The notes beneath the pieces are model-generated. The model searched no databases, was not told the origin of the DNA, and saw only the letters and a program-made list of their open reading frames with translations. The position numbers and the translations under genes are program-made. A stretch of 64,000 nt of DNA from an uncultured Actinomycetota bacterium (GTDB lineage Bacteria; Actinomycetota; Actinomycetes; JAFAQI01): assembly GCA_963770565.1 (NCBI GenBank), contig CAVYQE010000011.1, positions 128,001-192,000 on the forward strand, read 5' to 3'. Below, one piece after another: positions 1 through 10,678 of the stretch. Numbering within the stretch: position 1 is the stretch's first letter; every line of letters begins with the position of its first letter.

Positions 1-2
1 TG

Positions 3-371
3 CAGCTGCTCGAGCACTGCCAGGACGTCGGCGAGGACCGCCGGCGCGGGCGCACGTACCTCCCGCAGGACGACCTCGACGCGTTCCGGGTGACCGGAGC
101 CGACCTCGATGCGGCCGTCACCTCGGTGGCCGTGCGCGACGTGGTCCGGCACGAGGTGGCCCGGGCGGTCACCCTGCTCGCCAGCGGCGGGCCGCTCGTC
201 CGCCGGCTGCACGGCGCCGGCAAGGTCGCGGTCGCGGGCTATGTGGCCGGCGGGCTGGCCACCGCAGACGCATTGCGCCGGGCCGACTACGACGTGCTGG
301 CAACTGCCGTGTCGCCCCGGCGGATCGACACCGCCCGGCACGCGATCCGACTGCTGGCCGGCCGGTCATGA
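3..371 (+). CDS. hpnC: Squalene synthase HpnC, 3' part (start lies outside the window)
   Basis: The frame from base 3 reads [25 protein letters not shown] (QDxxED..GRxYLP motif) and is in frame with ORF 90..371. Its stop overlaps the hpnD start. Confidence 0.85.
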   Translation, partial: QLLEHCQDVGEDRRRGRTYLPQDDLDAFRVTGADLDAAVTSVAVRDVVRHEVARAVTLLASGGPLVRRLHGAGKVAVAGYVAGGLATADALRRADYDVLATAVSPRRIDTARHAIRLLAGRS

Positions 372-1225
372 CGGCGACGATCGACGCGGCGTACTCGATC
401 TGCGAGGACACCACCCGGACGCAGGCGCGCAACTTCCACTACGGCATCAGGTTGCTGCCGCGCGACAAGCGCCAGGCGTTGTGCGCGGTCTACGCGCTCG
501 CCCGGCGGGTGGACGACATCGGTGACGGCGGTCTTCCGGCCGAGCAGAAGCGGCAACAGCTCGGCGAGCTGCGGACCGCGATCGCCGCACTGTCGGACTC
601 CGCCGACCCGGTGCTCGTGGCCGTTCGCGACGCGGCCCAGCGGCTGCCGATCCCGGTCGCGGCGTTCGACGAGCTGATCGACGGTGTCGAGATGGATGTC
701 GCCGGCCGCCGGTTCGCCACCTTCGACGAGCTGGTCCTCTACTGCCGCTGCGTGGCGGGCTCGATCGGCCGGCTGTGTGTCGGCGTGTTCGGTGCCTCCG
801 ACCCGCAGCTGGCGCCCGGCTACGCCGACCAGCTCGGCATCGCCCTGCAGCAGACCAACATCCTTCGTGACATCCGGGAGGACCTTCTCAACGGGCGGAT
901 CTACCTGCCCACCGAGGACCTCGACCGGTTCGGAGTCGAGCTGCGGGTCGATGCCGACGGTGCGCTGGCCGACGACGGCGGTCTGTCGGCCCTGATCCGG
1001 GCGGCGGCCGATCGCGCCCGGCTCTGGTACGACGACGGGCTGCGGTTGGTCCCGTTGCTCGACCGGCGCAGCGCCGCGTCGGCACTGGCGATGTCGGGCA
1101 TCTATCGCCGGTTGCTCGATCAGATCTCGGCCCAACCGGCGCTCGTCCGCGACCGGCGGCTGTCGCTGTCCGGCTGGCAGAAGGCGGCCGTTGCCGCCCG
1201 AGCACTCGCCGGGCGGGCCTCATGA
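368..1225 (+). CDS. hpnD: Presqualene diphosphate synthase HpnD
   Basis: [22 protein letters not shown] and [21 protein letters not shown] motifs; lies between hpnC and hpnE. Confidence 0.9.
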   Translation: MTATIDAAYSICEDTTRTQARNFHYGIRLLPRDKRQALCAVYALARRVDDIGDGGLPAEQKRQQLGELRTAIAALSDSADPVLVAVRDAAQRLPIPVAAFDELIDGVEMDVAGRRFATFDELVLYCRCVAGSIGRLCVGVFGASDPQLAPGYADQLGIALQQTNILRDIREDLLNGRIYLPTEDLDRFGVELRVDADGALADDGGLSALIRAAADRARLWYDDGLRLVPLLDRRSAASALAMSGIYRRLLDQISAQPALVRDRRLSLSGWQKAAVAARALAGRAS

Positions 1226-2619
1226 CCGGGTCGGTCGGGCGCACCCCGAGCGCGGTGGTGGCGGGTGGTGGCCTGGCCGGGATCAGCGCGGCCCTGCAGC
1301 TCGCCGACACCGGATGGCGGGTCACCCTGGTCGAGGCGAAGCCCCGGCTGGGCGGGTTGACCGCGTCGTTCCGGCGCGGCGAGCTTGATGTCGACACCGG
1401 CCAGCACGTCTTCCTGCGCTGTTGCACGTCGTACCGCGGGTTGCTCGATCGACTCGGAGTGGCCGGCCTGACCACGTTGCAGCCCCGCCTCGACATACCG
1501 GTCGTACGGGCCGCCGACGGACGGCGGGCGCGGTTGGGCCGCGGTCGGTTGCCGGTCGTGGCCGGCCTGCCGCTTCACCTCGCCGGGTCGCTGCTCGGCT
1601 ACTCGGCGATGCCGCTGCCGGCCCGGCTCGCGACCGCGCGAGCCGCGCTGGCGCTGCGGTCGGTCGACCCGGCGGCTGAGGCGACCGACGACCGGTCGTT
1701 CGGCGACTGGCTCTCGGCGCACGGTCAGCCGCCCGCGGCGATCGCGGCGTTGTGGGACCTGGTCGGCGTCGCGACCCTGAACGCGTGCTCCGACGAGGCC
1801 TCGCTCGCCCTCGCTGCCACCGTGTTCCAGCTCGGCCTGCTCACCGACGCCGGCGCGGCCGACATCGGGTGGTCCGACGTGCCGTTGCAGCAGCTCCACG
1901 GCGAGTCCGCGCTGCGCTCGCTCGCGGCGGTCAGCGCGGATGTCCGGCTGCGGACGAAGGTCGAGTCGATCGAACCGGCCGGGCCGGGATGGTCGGTGCG
2001 GACCTCGGACGGCGACCACGACGCCGATGCGGTGGTCGTCGCGCTCCCGCCGGCGCAGACCGAACGGGTCATCCCCGAAGACTCGCTCCGGCTCGCGCCG
2101 GGCTGGGCAGCTGCGCTGGGCTCGACCCCGATCGTCAACGTGCACGCCGTCTTCGACCGGCCGGTCATGGACGAGGTGTTCCTCGCCTGTGTCGCCTCGC
2201 CGCTGCAGTGGGTGTTCGACCGGACCTCGCCGTCCGGGCTGACGAGCGGCCAGTACGTCGCGGCGTCGCTGTCGGCCGCCGACGATGTCGCTGACCTGCC
2301 GGCGGAGCAGATCCGCGCCCGCCTGCTGCCGGAGTTCGAGCGGGTGCTGCCGCGCGCCACCAGCGCCGTGCTGGTCGACTTCTTCGTCACCCGCGAGCCG
2401 CACGCGACGTTCCGGCAGGCGCCGGGCAGCGCTCGCTGGCGGCCGCCGACTGCGACCCGCCACCGCGGCCTGGTGCTCGCGGGCGCGCACACGTCGACCG
2501 GCTGGCCGGCGACGATGGAAGGCGCGGTCCGAAGCGCGGAGGCGGCGGTGGCCGCGCTCGCGGCGCTCGCGCCGTCCGGCGCCGGCCGGTCGGCGCGGCA
2601 GGGGGTGGCGGCGGCATGA
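1222..2619 (+). CDS. hpnE: Hydroxysqualene dehydroxylase HpnE (FAD-dependent)
   Basis: GGGLAG Rossmann motif, [12 protein letters not shown]-terminal [13 protein letters not shown]; hpnCDE synteny. Confidence 0.9.
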   Translation: MTGSVGRTPSAVVAGGGLAGISAALQLADTGWRVTLVEAKPRLGGLTASFRRGELDVDTGQHVFLRCCTSYRGLLDRLGVAGLTTLQPRLDIPVVRAADGRRARLGRGRLPVVAGLPLHLAGSLLGYSAMPLPARLATARAALALRSVDPAAEATDDRSFGDWLSAHGQPPAAIAALWDLVGVATLNACSDEASLALAATVFQLGLLTDAGAADIGWSDVPLQQLHGESALRSLAAVSADVRLRTKVESIEPAGPGWSVRTSDGDHDADAVVVALPPAQTERVIPEDSLRLAPGWAAALGSTPIVNVHAVFDRPVMDEVFLACVASPLQWVFDRTSPSGLTSGQYVAASLSAADDVADLPAEQIRARLLPEFERVLPRATSAVLVDFFVTREPHATFRQAPGSARWRPPTATRHRGLVLAGAHTSTGWPATMEGAVRSAEAAVAALAALAPSGAGRSARQGVAAA

Positions 2620-3629
2620 CGATCGCCATGCCCGCGACCCTCAACCGCAGCCGGGACCTCGTCGAACCCGCGCTGCGCGCAGCGATCACTCGGCTCGATG
2701 ACACCAGCCGGCAGGTGGCGGCGTACCACCTCGGGTGGGTCGACGCGGACGGTGCCCCGGCCGCGAGCGGTGGGAAGGCGGTTCGTCCCGCGCTTGCGCT
2801 GCTGTCGGCGCGCGCGGTCGGTGGCGCGCCCGAGGTCGCGGTGCCCGGAGCGGTCGCGGTCGAGCTGGTGCACAACTTCTCCTTGTTGCACGACGACCTG
2901 ATGGACCAAGACGCGCAGCGCAGGCACCGCAAGACGGTGTGGGCGGTGTGGGGGCCGTCGACCGCCATCCTGGTCGGCGACGCCATGCTCTCGCTCGCCT
3001 ACCAGGTGCTCGCTGATGCCGGCGACGACTCGTCGGTGGCCGCCGCCGCGATGCTCGGAACCGCCACCCAGGGTCTGATCGCGGGCCAGGTGGAGGACCT
3101 CGCCTTCGAGCGCCGGCCCACGGTGACGGTCGAGGAGTGCGTCGCGATGGCGGCCGGCAAGACCGGCGCGCTGCTCGGTTGCTCGGCGGCAATCGGTGCG
3201 GTGCTGGCCGGCGCGCCCCAGCCGGCGGTCGCCTCGCTCCAGCACTTCGGCGAGCAGCTGGGCCTCGCTTTCCAGTTGGTCGACGACCTGCTCGGGATCT
3301 GGGGCGAGGCCGCGGTGACCGGGAAGCCGGTCGGCAGTGACCTACGGGCCCGCAAGAAGTCGTTGCCGATCGCGTTCGCCCTCGAGTCGGGCACCACGGC
3401 CGGCCAACAGCTCGGGCAGTGGCTGGCCGCCGGCGGCCCCGACTCCGATGAGTCGGTGCAGCGCGCGGCGGCGTTGGTCGAGGCCGCGGGCGGCCGGGCC
3501 TGGGCGCAGCAGGAAGCCCAGCGCCGGCTCGAGCTTGCCGCCGGAGCCCTCGACCTGGCCGACCTCGACCCGGCCGCTCGAGCCGAGCTGGTGGCGCTCG
3601 GCCGCTTCATCGTGAGGCGGGACAGCTGA
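2616..3629 (+). CDS. Polyprenyl (FPP/GGPP) diphosphate synthase
   Basis: GGKAVRP, HNFSLLHDDLMD..RRHR, GQVEDL, KTGALL and FQLVDDLLG motifs. Confidence 0.9.
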   Translation: MTIAMPATLNRSRDLVEPALRAAITRLDDTSRQVAAYHLGWVDADGAPAASGGKAVRPALALLSARAVGGAPEVAVPGAVAVELVHNFSLLHDDLMDQDAQRRHRKTVWAVWGPSTAILVGDAMLSLAYQVLADAGDDSSVAAAAMLGTATQGLIAGQVEDLAFERRPTVTVEECVAMAAGKTGALLGCSAAIGAVLAGAPQPAVASLQHFGEQLGLAFQLVDDLLGIWGEAAVTGKPVGSDLRARKKSLPIAFALESGTTAGQQLGQWLAAGGPDSDESVQRAAALVEAAGGRAWAQQEAQRRLELAAGALDLADLDPAARAELVALGRFIVRRDS

Positions 3630-5560
3630 TGACTCTCACCAGCGACGACCGGATCGAGCTGCGGGATGCGGACGCATCGGCCGCCGCGCACGCCCTGGAT
3701 CGAGCCGTCGAACACCTGCGCTCGCTGCAGGACGCGGCCGGCTGGTGGAAGGGCGAGCTCGAAACCAACGTCACGATGGATGCCGAGGATCTGCTCCTGC
3801 GGGAGTTTCTCGGGATCCGCGGTGCGGTCGACACCGAACACGCGGCCCGATGGATCCGGTCGCAACAGCGCTCCGACGGCAGCTGGGCCAACTACTTCGC
3901 CGGACCCGGCGACCTCTCGACCACGATCGAGGCGTACGTCGCCCTGCGGCTGGCCGGCGACGCGGTCGGGTCGCCCCATCTGCAGGCGGCGCTCGGCTTC
4001 ATCCACTCGGGCGGCGGGCTCGAGTCGGCCCGGGTGTTCACCAAGCTGTGGCTGGCCTTGTTCGGCGTCTGGTCGTGGGACGACGTACCGAACCTGCCGC
4101 CGGAGATCGTCTACCTGCCCAAGTGGTTCCCGTTCAACCTCTACGACTGGGGTTGCTGGGCGCGGCAGACGATCGTGCCTCTGACGATCGTCGCGACCCT
4201 GCGGCCGGTGCGTCCGTTGCCGTTCGGCTTAGACGAGCTGCGGACCGGGCGGCCGCCGGCCCCGTTTGCACCCTGGCTGAGCTGGCCCGGCGCGTTCCAG
4301 CGACTGGACCGGGTCCTGCATGCCTACGGCCGCCGCCCGATTGCCGTGCTGCGCCGGGCGGCGATGCGGCGCGGCACCGAGTGGATCCTCGCCCGCCAGG
4401 AGGCCGACGGCTCGTGGGGCGGGATCCAGCCCCCGTGGGTCTACTCGATCCTCGCGCTGCACTTGATGGGTTACCCGCTCGACCACCCCGCGGTCGCGGC
4501 CGGCATCGGCGGCCTCGAGGGTTTCATCATCCGGGAGAAGGCCGTGCACGGGCCGATCCGCCGGCTGGAGGCCTGCCAGTCCCCGGTGTGGGACACCGGC
4601 CTGGCCGTGACCGCCCTGCTCGACGCCGGCGTGGCCGCCGACGACGACGCGGTGGTGCGCGCGGCCGACTGGCTGCTGGCCGAGGAGATCCGGGTCCGCG
4701 GCGACTGGTCGGTCCGGCGGCCCGAGGTCGAGCCTGGCGGGTGGGCGTTCGAGTTCGCCAACGACGGCTACCCCGACACCGACGACACCGCCGAGGTGGT
4801 TCTCGGACTACGGCGAGTTGCCCACCCCGACCCGGCGGGGTCACGGGCCGCGGTCGACCGGGCCGTGCACTGGCTGGTCGGCATGCAGTGCCGCGATGGC
4901 GGCTGGGGGGCCTTCGATGCCGACAACACCAGGGAACTGGCGTACAAGCTGCCGTTCTGCGACTTCGGTGCGGTCATCGACCCGCCGTCCGCCGATGTGA
5001 CCGCCCATGTCGTGGAGATGCTGGCCGCCTGCGGTCTGGCCGGTTCGGACGCATGCCAGCGCGGCGTTCGGTGGTTGTTCGATGCCCAGGAGACCGATGG
5101 CTCATGGTTCGGTCGGTGGGGTGCCAACTATGTGTACGGGACCGGCGCGGCCGTGCCGGCGCTCGTCGCGGCCGGCGTGTCGCCGACGGATCTGCGGATC
5201 GCCCGCGCGGTTCGCTGGCTGGAGGCGCACCAAGGCGCGGACGGCGGGTGGGGCGAGGACATGCGTTCCTACCGCGACCCGGCGTGGATCGGCCGCGGCG
5301 AGTCGACCCCGTCGCAAACCGCGTGGGCGTTGCTCGCCTTGATCGCGGCCGGCAAGGCCGGGTCGGCTGCGGCCGGGCGCGGCGTCGGGTGGCTGGTCGA
5401 GCACCAGCGCGCCGACGGAACGTGGGACGAGCCGTACTTCACCGGCACCGGGTTCCCCGGCGACTTCTTCATCAACTACCACCTGTACCGGCTGGTCTTC
5501 CCGGTGAGCGCACTCGGCCGGTTCTGCGCCGCGACGACCGACGGAGGTGACCGTGGCTGA
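3629..5560 (+). CDS. shc: Squalene-hopene cyclase
   Basis: Catalytic DTDDTAEV (DXDD), several QxxDGxW repeats, WFGRWG and FTGTGFPGDF. Confidence 0.96.
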   Translation: MTLTSDDRIELRDADASAAAHALDRAVEHLRSLQDAAGWWKGELETNVTMDAEDLLLREFLGIRGAVDTEHAARWIRSQQRSDGSWANYFAGPGDLSTTIEAYVALRLAGDAVGSPHLQAALGFIHSGGGLESARVFTKLWLALFGVWSWDDVPNLPPEIVYLPKWFPFNLYDWGCWARQTIVPLTIVATLRPVRPLPFGLDELRTGRPPAPFAPWLSWPGAFQRLDRVLHAYGRRPIAVLRRAAMRRGTEWILARQEADGSWGGIQPPWVYSILALHLMGYPLDHPAVAAGIGGLEGFIIREKAVHGPIRRLEACQSPVWDTGLAVTALLDAGVAADDDAVVRAADWLLAEEIRVRGDWSVRRPEVEPGGWAFEFANDGYPDTDDTAEVVLGLRRVAHPDPAGSRAAVDRAVHWLVGMQCRDGGWGAFDADNTRELAYKLPFCDFGAVIDPPSADVTAHVVEMLAACGLAGSDACQRGVRWLFDAQETDGSWFGRWGANYVYGTGAAVPALVAAGVSPTDLRIARAVRWLEAHQGADGGWGEDMRSYRDPAWIGRGESTPSQTAWALLALIAAGKAGSAAAGRGVGWLVEHQRADGTWDEPYFTGTGFPGDFFINYHLYRLVFPVSALGRFCAATTDGGDRG

Positions 5561-7043
5561 GCACGAGCCGGTGATCTGCACCCCGTTGCGGGTGGAGCAG
5601 GCCGCGGTCCGCGCCGGTCGGCCCGGTGCGCGGGTCGTGCGGACCGGGATGGGCTCGCGCCGCACCCGCCGCCGGCAGTCGCGGTTCGCCGGCGAGGGTC
5701 CGCTCGGCGTGCTCGGCGTCGCCGGCGGGCTGGCGCCGCAGGTCCGACCGGGCGACGTCGTGGTTGCCTCGGAGGTGCGGTCCGGCCCGCAGGTCGTGCG
5801 CTGCCCGTCCGCACCGCTGCTCGCCGGCGCCCTGCGCCGGGCCGGGCTGACCGTGCACGTCGGCCCGATCGTCTCCGGCGGGTTGGTCGGCAAGCGCGGC
5901 CGGGCCGCGCTCGCCGCGACCGGTGCACTGGCGGTCGACATGGAGTCCGCGCAGATCACCGCGCTGGCCGCCGGGCGTGCGGTCGCCGTCGTACGGGCGA
6001 TCAGTGACACCGCCGATGCGCCGCTGCTCCGCCCGGGCACCGTGCCGCGGGGGATCGAGGCGTTGCGGGCCCTGCGTACGGCCGCCCCGATCGTGGCTCG
6101 GTGGGCCGCGGTCGTTGACGACCGCGACGTGTTGCTCGCCTCGCCGCGCTCGTTCTGCGCCGGCGTCGAGCGCGCGATCGACATCGTCAAGCGAGCGATC
6201 GAACGCTTCGGTGCTCCGGTCTACGTCCGCCGTCAGGTCGTGCACAACGCGCACGTGGTCGCCGAGCTCGAGCGGATGGGCGCGGTCTTCGTGCACGAGC
6301 TCGACGAGGTGCCGGTCGGTGCGCGGGCGGTGCTGGCCGCTCATGGCGTTGCGCCCGAGGTTCGCGTGCAGGCGGCCGACCGCGAGCTCGCCGTCGTCGA
6401 TGCGACCTGCCCGTTGGTCGCGAAGGTGCACCAGGAAGTACGCCGTTACGCCGCGCGCGACCAGACGGTTCTGCTGATCGGCCACGCCGATCACGAGGAG
6501 GTCGTCGGTACCCTCGGCGAGGCGCCGGACCGGGTTCGGGTCGTCGCCGACGAGGCCGAGGCACGAGCGGTGCAGGTCGCCGACCCGGACCGGGTCGCCT
6601 ACGTGATGCAGACCACGCTTGCCGTCGACGAGAGCGACCACATCGCGTCCGTGCTGCGGTCCCGGTTCCCGGCGCTGCAGGCGCCGCGCCAGGACGACAT
6701 CTGCTACGCCACGAGCAACCGGCAACAGGCGTTGCGCGACATCGCGAGCGACTGCGACCTCGTCCTGGTGGTCGGATCGGTCAATTCGTCGAACTCGCAG
6801 CGCTTGGTCGAGGTCGCTCGTCGCGCCGGCGCCGCGGCGTACCTCGTCGATGACGCGGGCGACGTCGACCTGGAGTGGCTGGCGGGCGCCAAGCAGATCG
6901 GAATCACCGCGGGTGCGTCGGCACCGCCGCGGCTGGTCGACGATCTGGTCGATGCGCTCGGCGGGATGGGCAAGGTGAGCGTCACCGAACGACGCAGTGT
7001 CGAAGAAGACGTACGTTTCGCACTACCTAAGGAAGTGAGCTGA
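5547..7043 (+). CDS. ispH: Fusion of an HpnG-like nucleoside phosphorylase domain (N-terminal) and 4-hydroxy-3-methylbut-2-enyl diphosphate reductase IspH (C-terminal)
   Basis: N-terminal GVAGGL..PGDVVVA, AVDMESA and VRAISD. C-terminal PRSFCAGVERAI, DATCPLVAKVH, QTT, DICYAT, SSNS and GITAGASAP. One open frame. Confidence 0.88.
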   Translation: MTVAEHEPVICTPLRVEQAAVRAGRPGARVVRTGMGSRRTRRRQSRFAGEGPLGVLGVAGGLAPQVRPGDVVVASEVRSGPQVVRCPSAPLLAGALRRAGLTVHVGPIVSGGLVGKRGRAALAATGALAVDMESAQITALAAGRAVAVVRAISDTADAPLLRPGTVPRGIEALRALRTAAPIVARWAAVVDDRDVLLASPRSFCAGVERAIDIVKRAIERFGAPVYVRRQVVHNAHVVAELERMGAVFVHELDEVPVGARAVLAAHGVAPEVRVQAADRELAVVDATCPLVAKVHQEVRRYAARDQTVLLIGHADHEEVVGTLGEAPDRVRVVADEAEARAVQVADPDRVAYVMQTTLAVDESDHIASVLRSRFPALQAPRQDDICYATSNRQQALRDIASDCDLVLVVGSVNSSNSQRLVEVARRAGAAAYLVDDAGDVDLEWLAGAKQIGITAGASAPPRLVDDLVDALGGMGKVSVTERRSVEEDVRFALPKEVS

Positions 7044-7045
7044 CG

Positions 7046-8050
7046 ATGGCAATGCCCATGCGTCAGAGCCTGCGGCTCGGCAAGTACCTCGCCAAGCAGA
7101 AGCTGGCTCATCGGGAGCGATTCCCGCTGGTGATGGAGCTCGAGCCATTGTTCGCGTGCAACCTCAAGTGCGCCGGCTGCGGCAAGATCCAGAAGCCGCA
7201 CACCGTGTTGAAGCAGCGGATGTCCGTCGAGCAGGCGGTCGGCGCGGTCGAGGAGTGCGGCGCGCCGATCGTGTCGATCGCCGGTGGTGAGCCGCTGATG
7301 CACCCGCAGATCGACGAGATCGTTCGCGCGCTGCTCGACCGCGGCAAGATCGTGCTGCTGTGCACCAACGCGGTGCTGATGCCCAAGCATCTGCATCGGT
7401 TCACCCCGCACCGGGACTTCTCGTGGATGGTGCACATCGACGGCCTGCGCGAGCGGCACGACGAGTCGGTGTGCAAGGACGGCGTGTTTGACCAGGCGGT
7501 CGAGGCGATCAAGCTGGCGCAGGCGGCCGGGTTCACGGTGATGACGAACACCACCTTCTTCACCACCGATACGCCGAGCGACGTGATCGACGTGCTCGAC
7601 TACCTGAACGACGAGCTCAAGGTCGACAACATGCAGATCTCTCCGGGATATGCATATTCCGCGGCGCCGGACCAGGAGCACTTCCTCGGGGTCGAGCAGA
7701 CCCGGGCGTTGTTCAGCGCGGCCTTCGCCGACGGCCGGCGCAAGAAATGGCGGCTGAACCACTCGCCGCTGTTCCTCGACTTCATCGAGGGCAAGCGTGA
7801 CTTCGAGTGCACGCCGTGGGGGATCCCGTCGTACTCGTTGCTGGGCTGGCAGAAGCCCTGCTACCTGCTCGACGACGGCTACGCCAGCAGCTGGCAGGAG
7901 TATCTCGACACCACGGACTTCAAGGCCTACGGCCGCGGGAACGACGATCGCTGTGCAAACTGCATGGCGCACTGCGGCTATGAGCCGTCCGCAGTGCTCG
8001 CCACGATGGGGTCGCTGAAGGAGTCGTTGCGCGCGGCGGTCGGCTCCTAG
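7046..8050 (+). CDS. hpnH: Adenosylhopane synthase HpnH (radical SAM)
   Basis: LEPLFACNLKCAGCGKIQ (CxxxCxxC), CTPWG, PCYL and CANCMAHCGYEP. Confidence 0.93.
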   Translation: MAMPMRQSLRLGKYLAKQKLAHRERFPLVMELEPLFACNLKCAGCGKIQKPHTVLKQRMSVEQAVGAVEECGAPIVSIAGGEPLMHPQIDEIVRALLDRGKIVLLCTNAVLMPKHLHRFTPHRDFSWMVHIDGLRERHDESVCKDGVFDQAVEAIKLAQAAGFTVMTNTTFFTTDTPSDVIDVLDYLNDELKVDNMQISPGYAYSAAPDQEHFLGVEQTRALFSAAFADGRRKKWRLNHSPLFLDFIEGKRDFECTPWGIPSYSLLGWQKPCYLLDDGYASSWQEYLDTTDFKAYGRGNDDRCANCMAHCGYEPSAVLATMGSLKESLRAAVGS

Positions 8051-8085
8051 CTCCACCGGCCCCGGATCCGGGCGAGGCAGCGGAC

Positions 8086-8376
8086 TTAGGCGCCGTCGAT
8101 GCTTAGCCGTAGCCCGACGGTGTCGCCGAGCTCCAGGTCCTCCGCCTTGCGGACCCACGCCTTGACCGGCACCAGGTAGCGGCCGTCCTTCGGGAAGAGC
8201 GAGGTCTGCCACCTCGTCGCACCGACCGAGGCGGTAACGGGGATGCATCCCCAGCCGTACGTCACCATCTTGGCGACCGTCTCGATCTCCGCGGACTCTT
8301 CGTCGGGAACAACGACGAAGTGCCACGGCGCCGGCCCTCGCCAGAACACCAGTTCTCCGCCGAACTCGAGGTTCAC
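8086..8376 (-). CDS. DUF1905-like small protein
   Basis: WRGPAPWHFV, YGWGCIPV and TSLFPKDGRYLVPVKA are typical of this family. Confidence 0.8.
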   Translation of the reverse strand: MNLEFGGELVFWRGPAPWHFVVVPDEESAEIETVAKMVTYGWGCIPVTASVGATRWQTSLFPKDGRYLVPVKAWVRKAEDLELGDTVGLRLSIDGA

Positions 8377-8493
8377 CGGCTCACCCTAGAACCGCCGATG
8401 AGCAGCCCGAAAGCGCCGTTCCCGATCGATTTGTGAGTTGTCAGCAGTACTGGGCCACCACCAGATCCGGCTCCCAAACCGAACGGTGCTGCG

Positions 8494-8862
8494 TCAGTCC
8501 CAGCAGAGGCAGAACGGGTGGCCGGCCGGATCGAGGTACACCCGGAATTGGTCGCCATCCGCTTCGCCTGGCTGGATCAGGTGTTTCGTTGCGCCGAGCG
8601 CCAGCAGCTCAGGCTCGACCGCGTCGACATCATCGACGGTCAGGTCGAGGTGGAACTGTTGCGGCCGCTCGCCGGTCGGCCACGTCGGCGCTGCGAACTC
8701 CTCCGCCAGTTGGAATGCCACGCGAAGCCTGTCCACGGTGAGAACCACCCAGTCGTCCTCGGCGAACGTGATGTCCCCGCCGACGACGTCTTGGTAGAAC
8801 TCGGCAAGTGTCCGAGGATCGGGGCAGTCGAGGACCACGGAGCGCATCCGGGCAAGTGGCAT
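8494..8862 (-). CDS. VOC/glyoxalase family protein
   Basis: VVLDCPDP..LAEFY, QQFHLDL and VYLDPAGHPFCL. Confidence 0.88.
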   Translation of the reverse strand: MPLARMRSVVLDCPDPRTLAEFYQDVVGGDITFAEDDWVVLTVDRLRVAFQLAEEFAAPTWPTGERPQQFHLDLTVDDVDAVEPELLALGATKHLIQPGEADGDQFRVYLDPAGHPFCLCWD

Positions 8863-9250
8863 GGTCCGCAGCCTTCCACGAGCGGCACGGTCGGCACCAC
8901 CGCCTTACTAACGGTTCGTGAAGCGGTAGCCACCGCCCCCGGTACCTAGCGCTGCACGAACCGATCAGTGCTGGCGAGATGCGGCAGGCGGTGATCCAGA
9001 CCGTGACGGTCACGCACCCGTTGCGGGTCCCTCGCGCACAGCGGTATCGACGTGGCGAGCTGTCTGCCGAGGGCGGCTATCACGACGCCTTTGATTACGG
9101 TGCGCTCCACCGGGTTCTGCTTGATCCGCTGGGTCCGGGCGGAGATCGAGGTTCCAGCCCCAGCGGCCCGCTGTGGGAAGTCCGGCCACACTGAGCCAGG
9201 CAACTCTTCCAGTTGCGGGACGCGCTGTGCCGGTTGTGATGTGACGCGGC

Positions 9251-10624
9251 CTAGCGGCCGAGCGCCTGCTTGGCCAGGGTCCGGCCGAAGTCGACGGCGA
9301 GGCCGTTCGGGCGCATCGCGTCGGCCATCACCGCGTCGAAAGCGGTGAGGAAGGTCTCGACCTCCTCGTCGCCGATCATCAACGGTGGCAACAGCTTGAT
9401 GACCGCCATGTGGTCGCCCGCGACCTGGGTCAGGATCCGGTGCCGGTTGTACAGCGGTACGACGACGAGCTGCGCGAACAGGCCCTTGCGTGCGGTGTTG
9501 AGCATCGTCCAGACTCCGCGCGCCGCCAGCGACGACGGCCGGCCGAACTCGATGCCGACCATCAGCCCCCGGCCGCGGATGTCGCGGATCAGGTCACTGC
9601 GAGCGGCGATCGTGCGCAGGCCGTCGGTCAGCTCCTGCCCGCGGCGCTCGGCGTTCGCCATCAGGTCCTCGTCGTCAAGCACGGCGAGGGTGGCGAGCCC
9701 GGCGGTCATCGCGAGCGCGTTGCCGGCGAACGTCGACGCATGCACGAAGACCCGGTCGAGCGAGGAGTAGACCTTCTCGAAGATTCCCTTGCGGGCGAGC
9801 GTCGCGCCGATCGGCACGTAGCCACCCGACAACGCCTTCGCGACCGTGATGATGTCGGGGGACACGTCGTCGAAGTGGTGCGCGAAGAACTTCCCGGTCC
9901 GGCCGATCCCGGTCTGCACCTCGTCGGCGATGAGCAGCGCGCCGTTGGCGTGCAGCATTCGCTGCGCCTCGGCGAGGTAGCCGGGCGGCGCCACGTTGAC
10001 GCCCTTGCCCTGGATCGGCTCGACCAGCAGCGCCGCGATGTCGCCCGCGCGCAGCTCGCGCTCGATCGCGTCGAGGTCGCCGAACTCGATCCGGGTGTCC
10101 GGCAGCAGCGGTGCGAAGCCCTGCCGGAACTCGTCCGCGCCGTTCACCGACAGCGCGCCGGCGGTCAGCCCGTGATAGGCGTGGTCGCAGTAGAGGATCC
10201 GCGGCTTGCCAGTGGCGCAGCGGGCGAACTTCAGCGCCGCCTCCACCGCTTCGCTGCCGCTGTTGCAGAAGTAGACCCGGTCCATTCCCGGTGCGCGCGC
10301 CAGCAGCTGCTCGGCGAGCAGGCCCGGCAGCAACGGGAGGTCGAACTGCACCATGTCCGCGAGGTCGGCATCGAGGACGTCCTGCAGCGCACGTCGCACG
10401 ACCGGGTGGTTGCGGCCGAGCGCGAAGACGCCGAAGCCGGACAGGAAGTCGAGATAGCGGTTGCCGTCGGCGTCGTCGTACCAGGCGCCGTTCGCGGTGG
10501 TGAGGACGCGGTCGAAGCCGATCGCGCCGAGCATTCGCGGCACCTGGGCGTTGACGTGCGCGGTGTGCAGGGCGGCGTTCTCGCCGCGCCGCGCCTCGAT
10601 CAGTGCCCGGATGTCGAAGCCCAC
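9251..10624 (-). CDS. hpnO: Class III aminotransferase, probably aminobacteriohopanetriol synthase HpnO
   Basis: YLDFLSGFGVFALGRNHP, NSGSEAVEAALK, DEVQTGIGRTG and AKALSGG; adjacent to the hpn cluster. Confidence 0.8.
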   Translation of the reverse strand: MGFDIRALIEARRGENAALHTAHVNAQVPRMLGAIGFDRVLTTANGAWYDDADGNRYLDFLSGFGVFALGRNHPVVRRALQDVLDADLADMVQFDLPLLPGLLAEQLLARAPGMDRVYFCNSGSEAVEAALKFARCATGKPRILYCDHAYHGLTAGALSVNGADEFRQGFAPLLPDTRIEFGDLDAIERELRAGDIAALLVEPIQGKGVNVAPPGYLAEAQRMLHANGALLIADEVQTGIGRTGKFFAHHFDDVSPDIITVAKALSGGYVPIGATLARKGIFEKVYSSLDRVFVHASTFAGNALAMTAGLATLAVLDDEDLMANAERRGQELTDGLRTIAARSDLIRDIRGRGLMVGIEFGRPSSLAARGVWTMLNTARKGLFAQLVVVPLYNRHRILTQVAGDHMAVIKLLPPLMIGDEEVETFLTAFDAVMADAMRPNGLAVDFGRTLAKQALGR

Positions 10625-10678
10625 CCGCTCAATTTAGAGCAGTACGCCCGCGCTGGCCGCCGAGCCGGGGTGGTGCGG

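Noticed and set aside
3745-5550. Long alternative-frame ORFs overlapping real genes (e.g. 3745..5550, 9410..10984, 26700..28718, 46712..48784, 60805..62475)
   Set aside because: Arg/Pro/Gly-rich or antisense shadow frames expected in high-GC DNA. They show no motifs and overlap well-supported genes.
8946-9203. Short ORFs in the gap between the VOC gene and hpnO
   Set aside because: No RBS, motif or convincing composition in any frame; left unannotated.
9150-9215. GGGAAG...GAGCCAGG resembling the 3' part of a cobalamin riboswitch
   Set aside because: The 5' core is not recognisable and no gene lies downstream on that strand. An Rfam scan would settle it.
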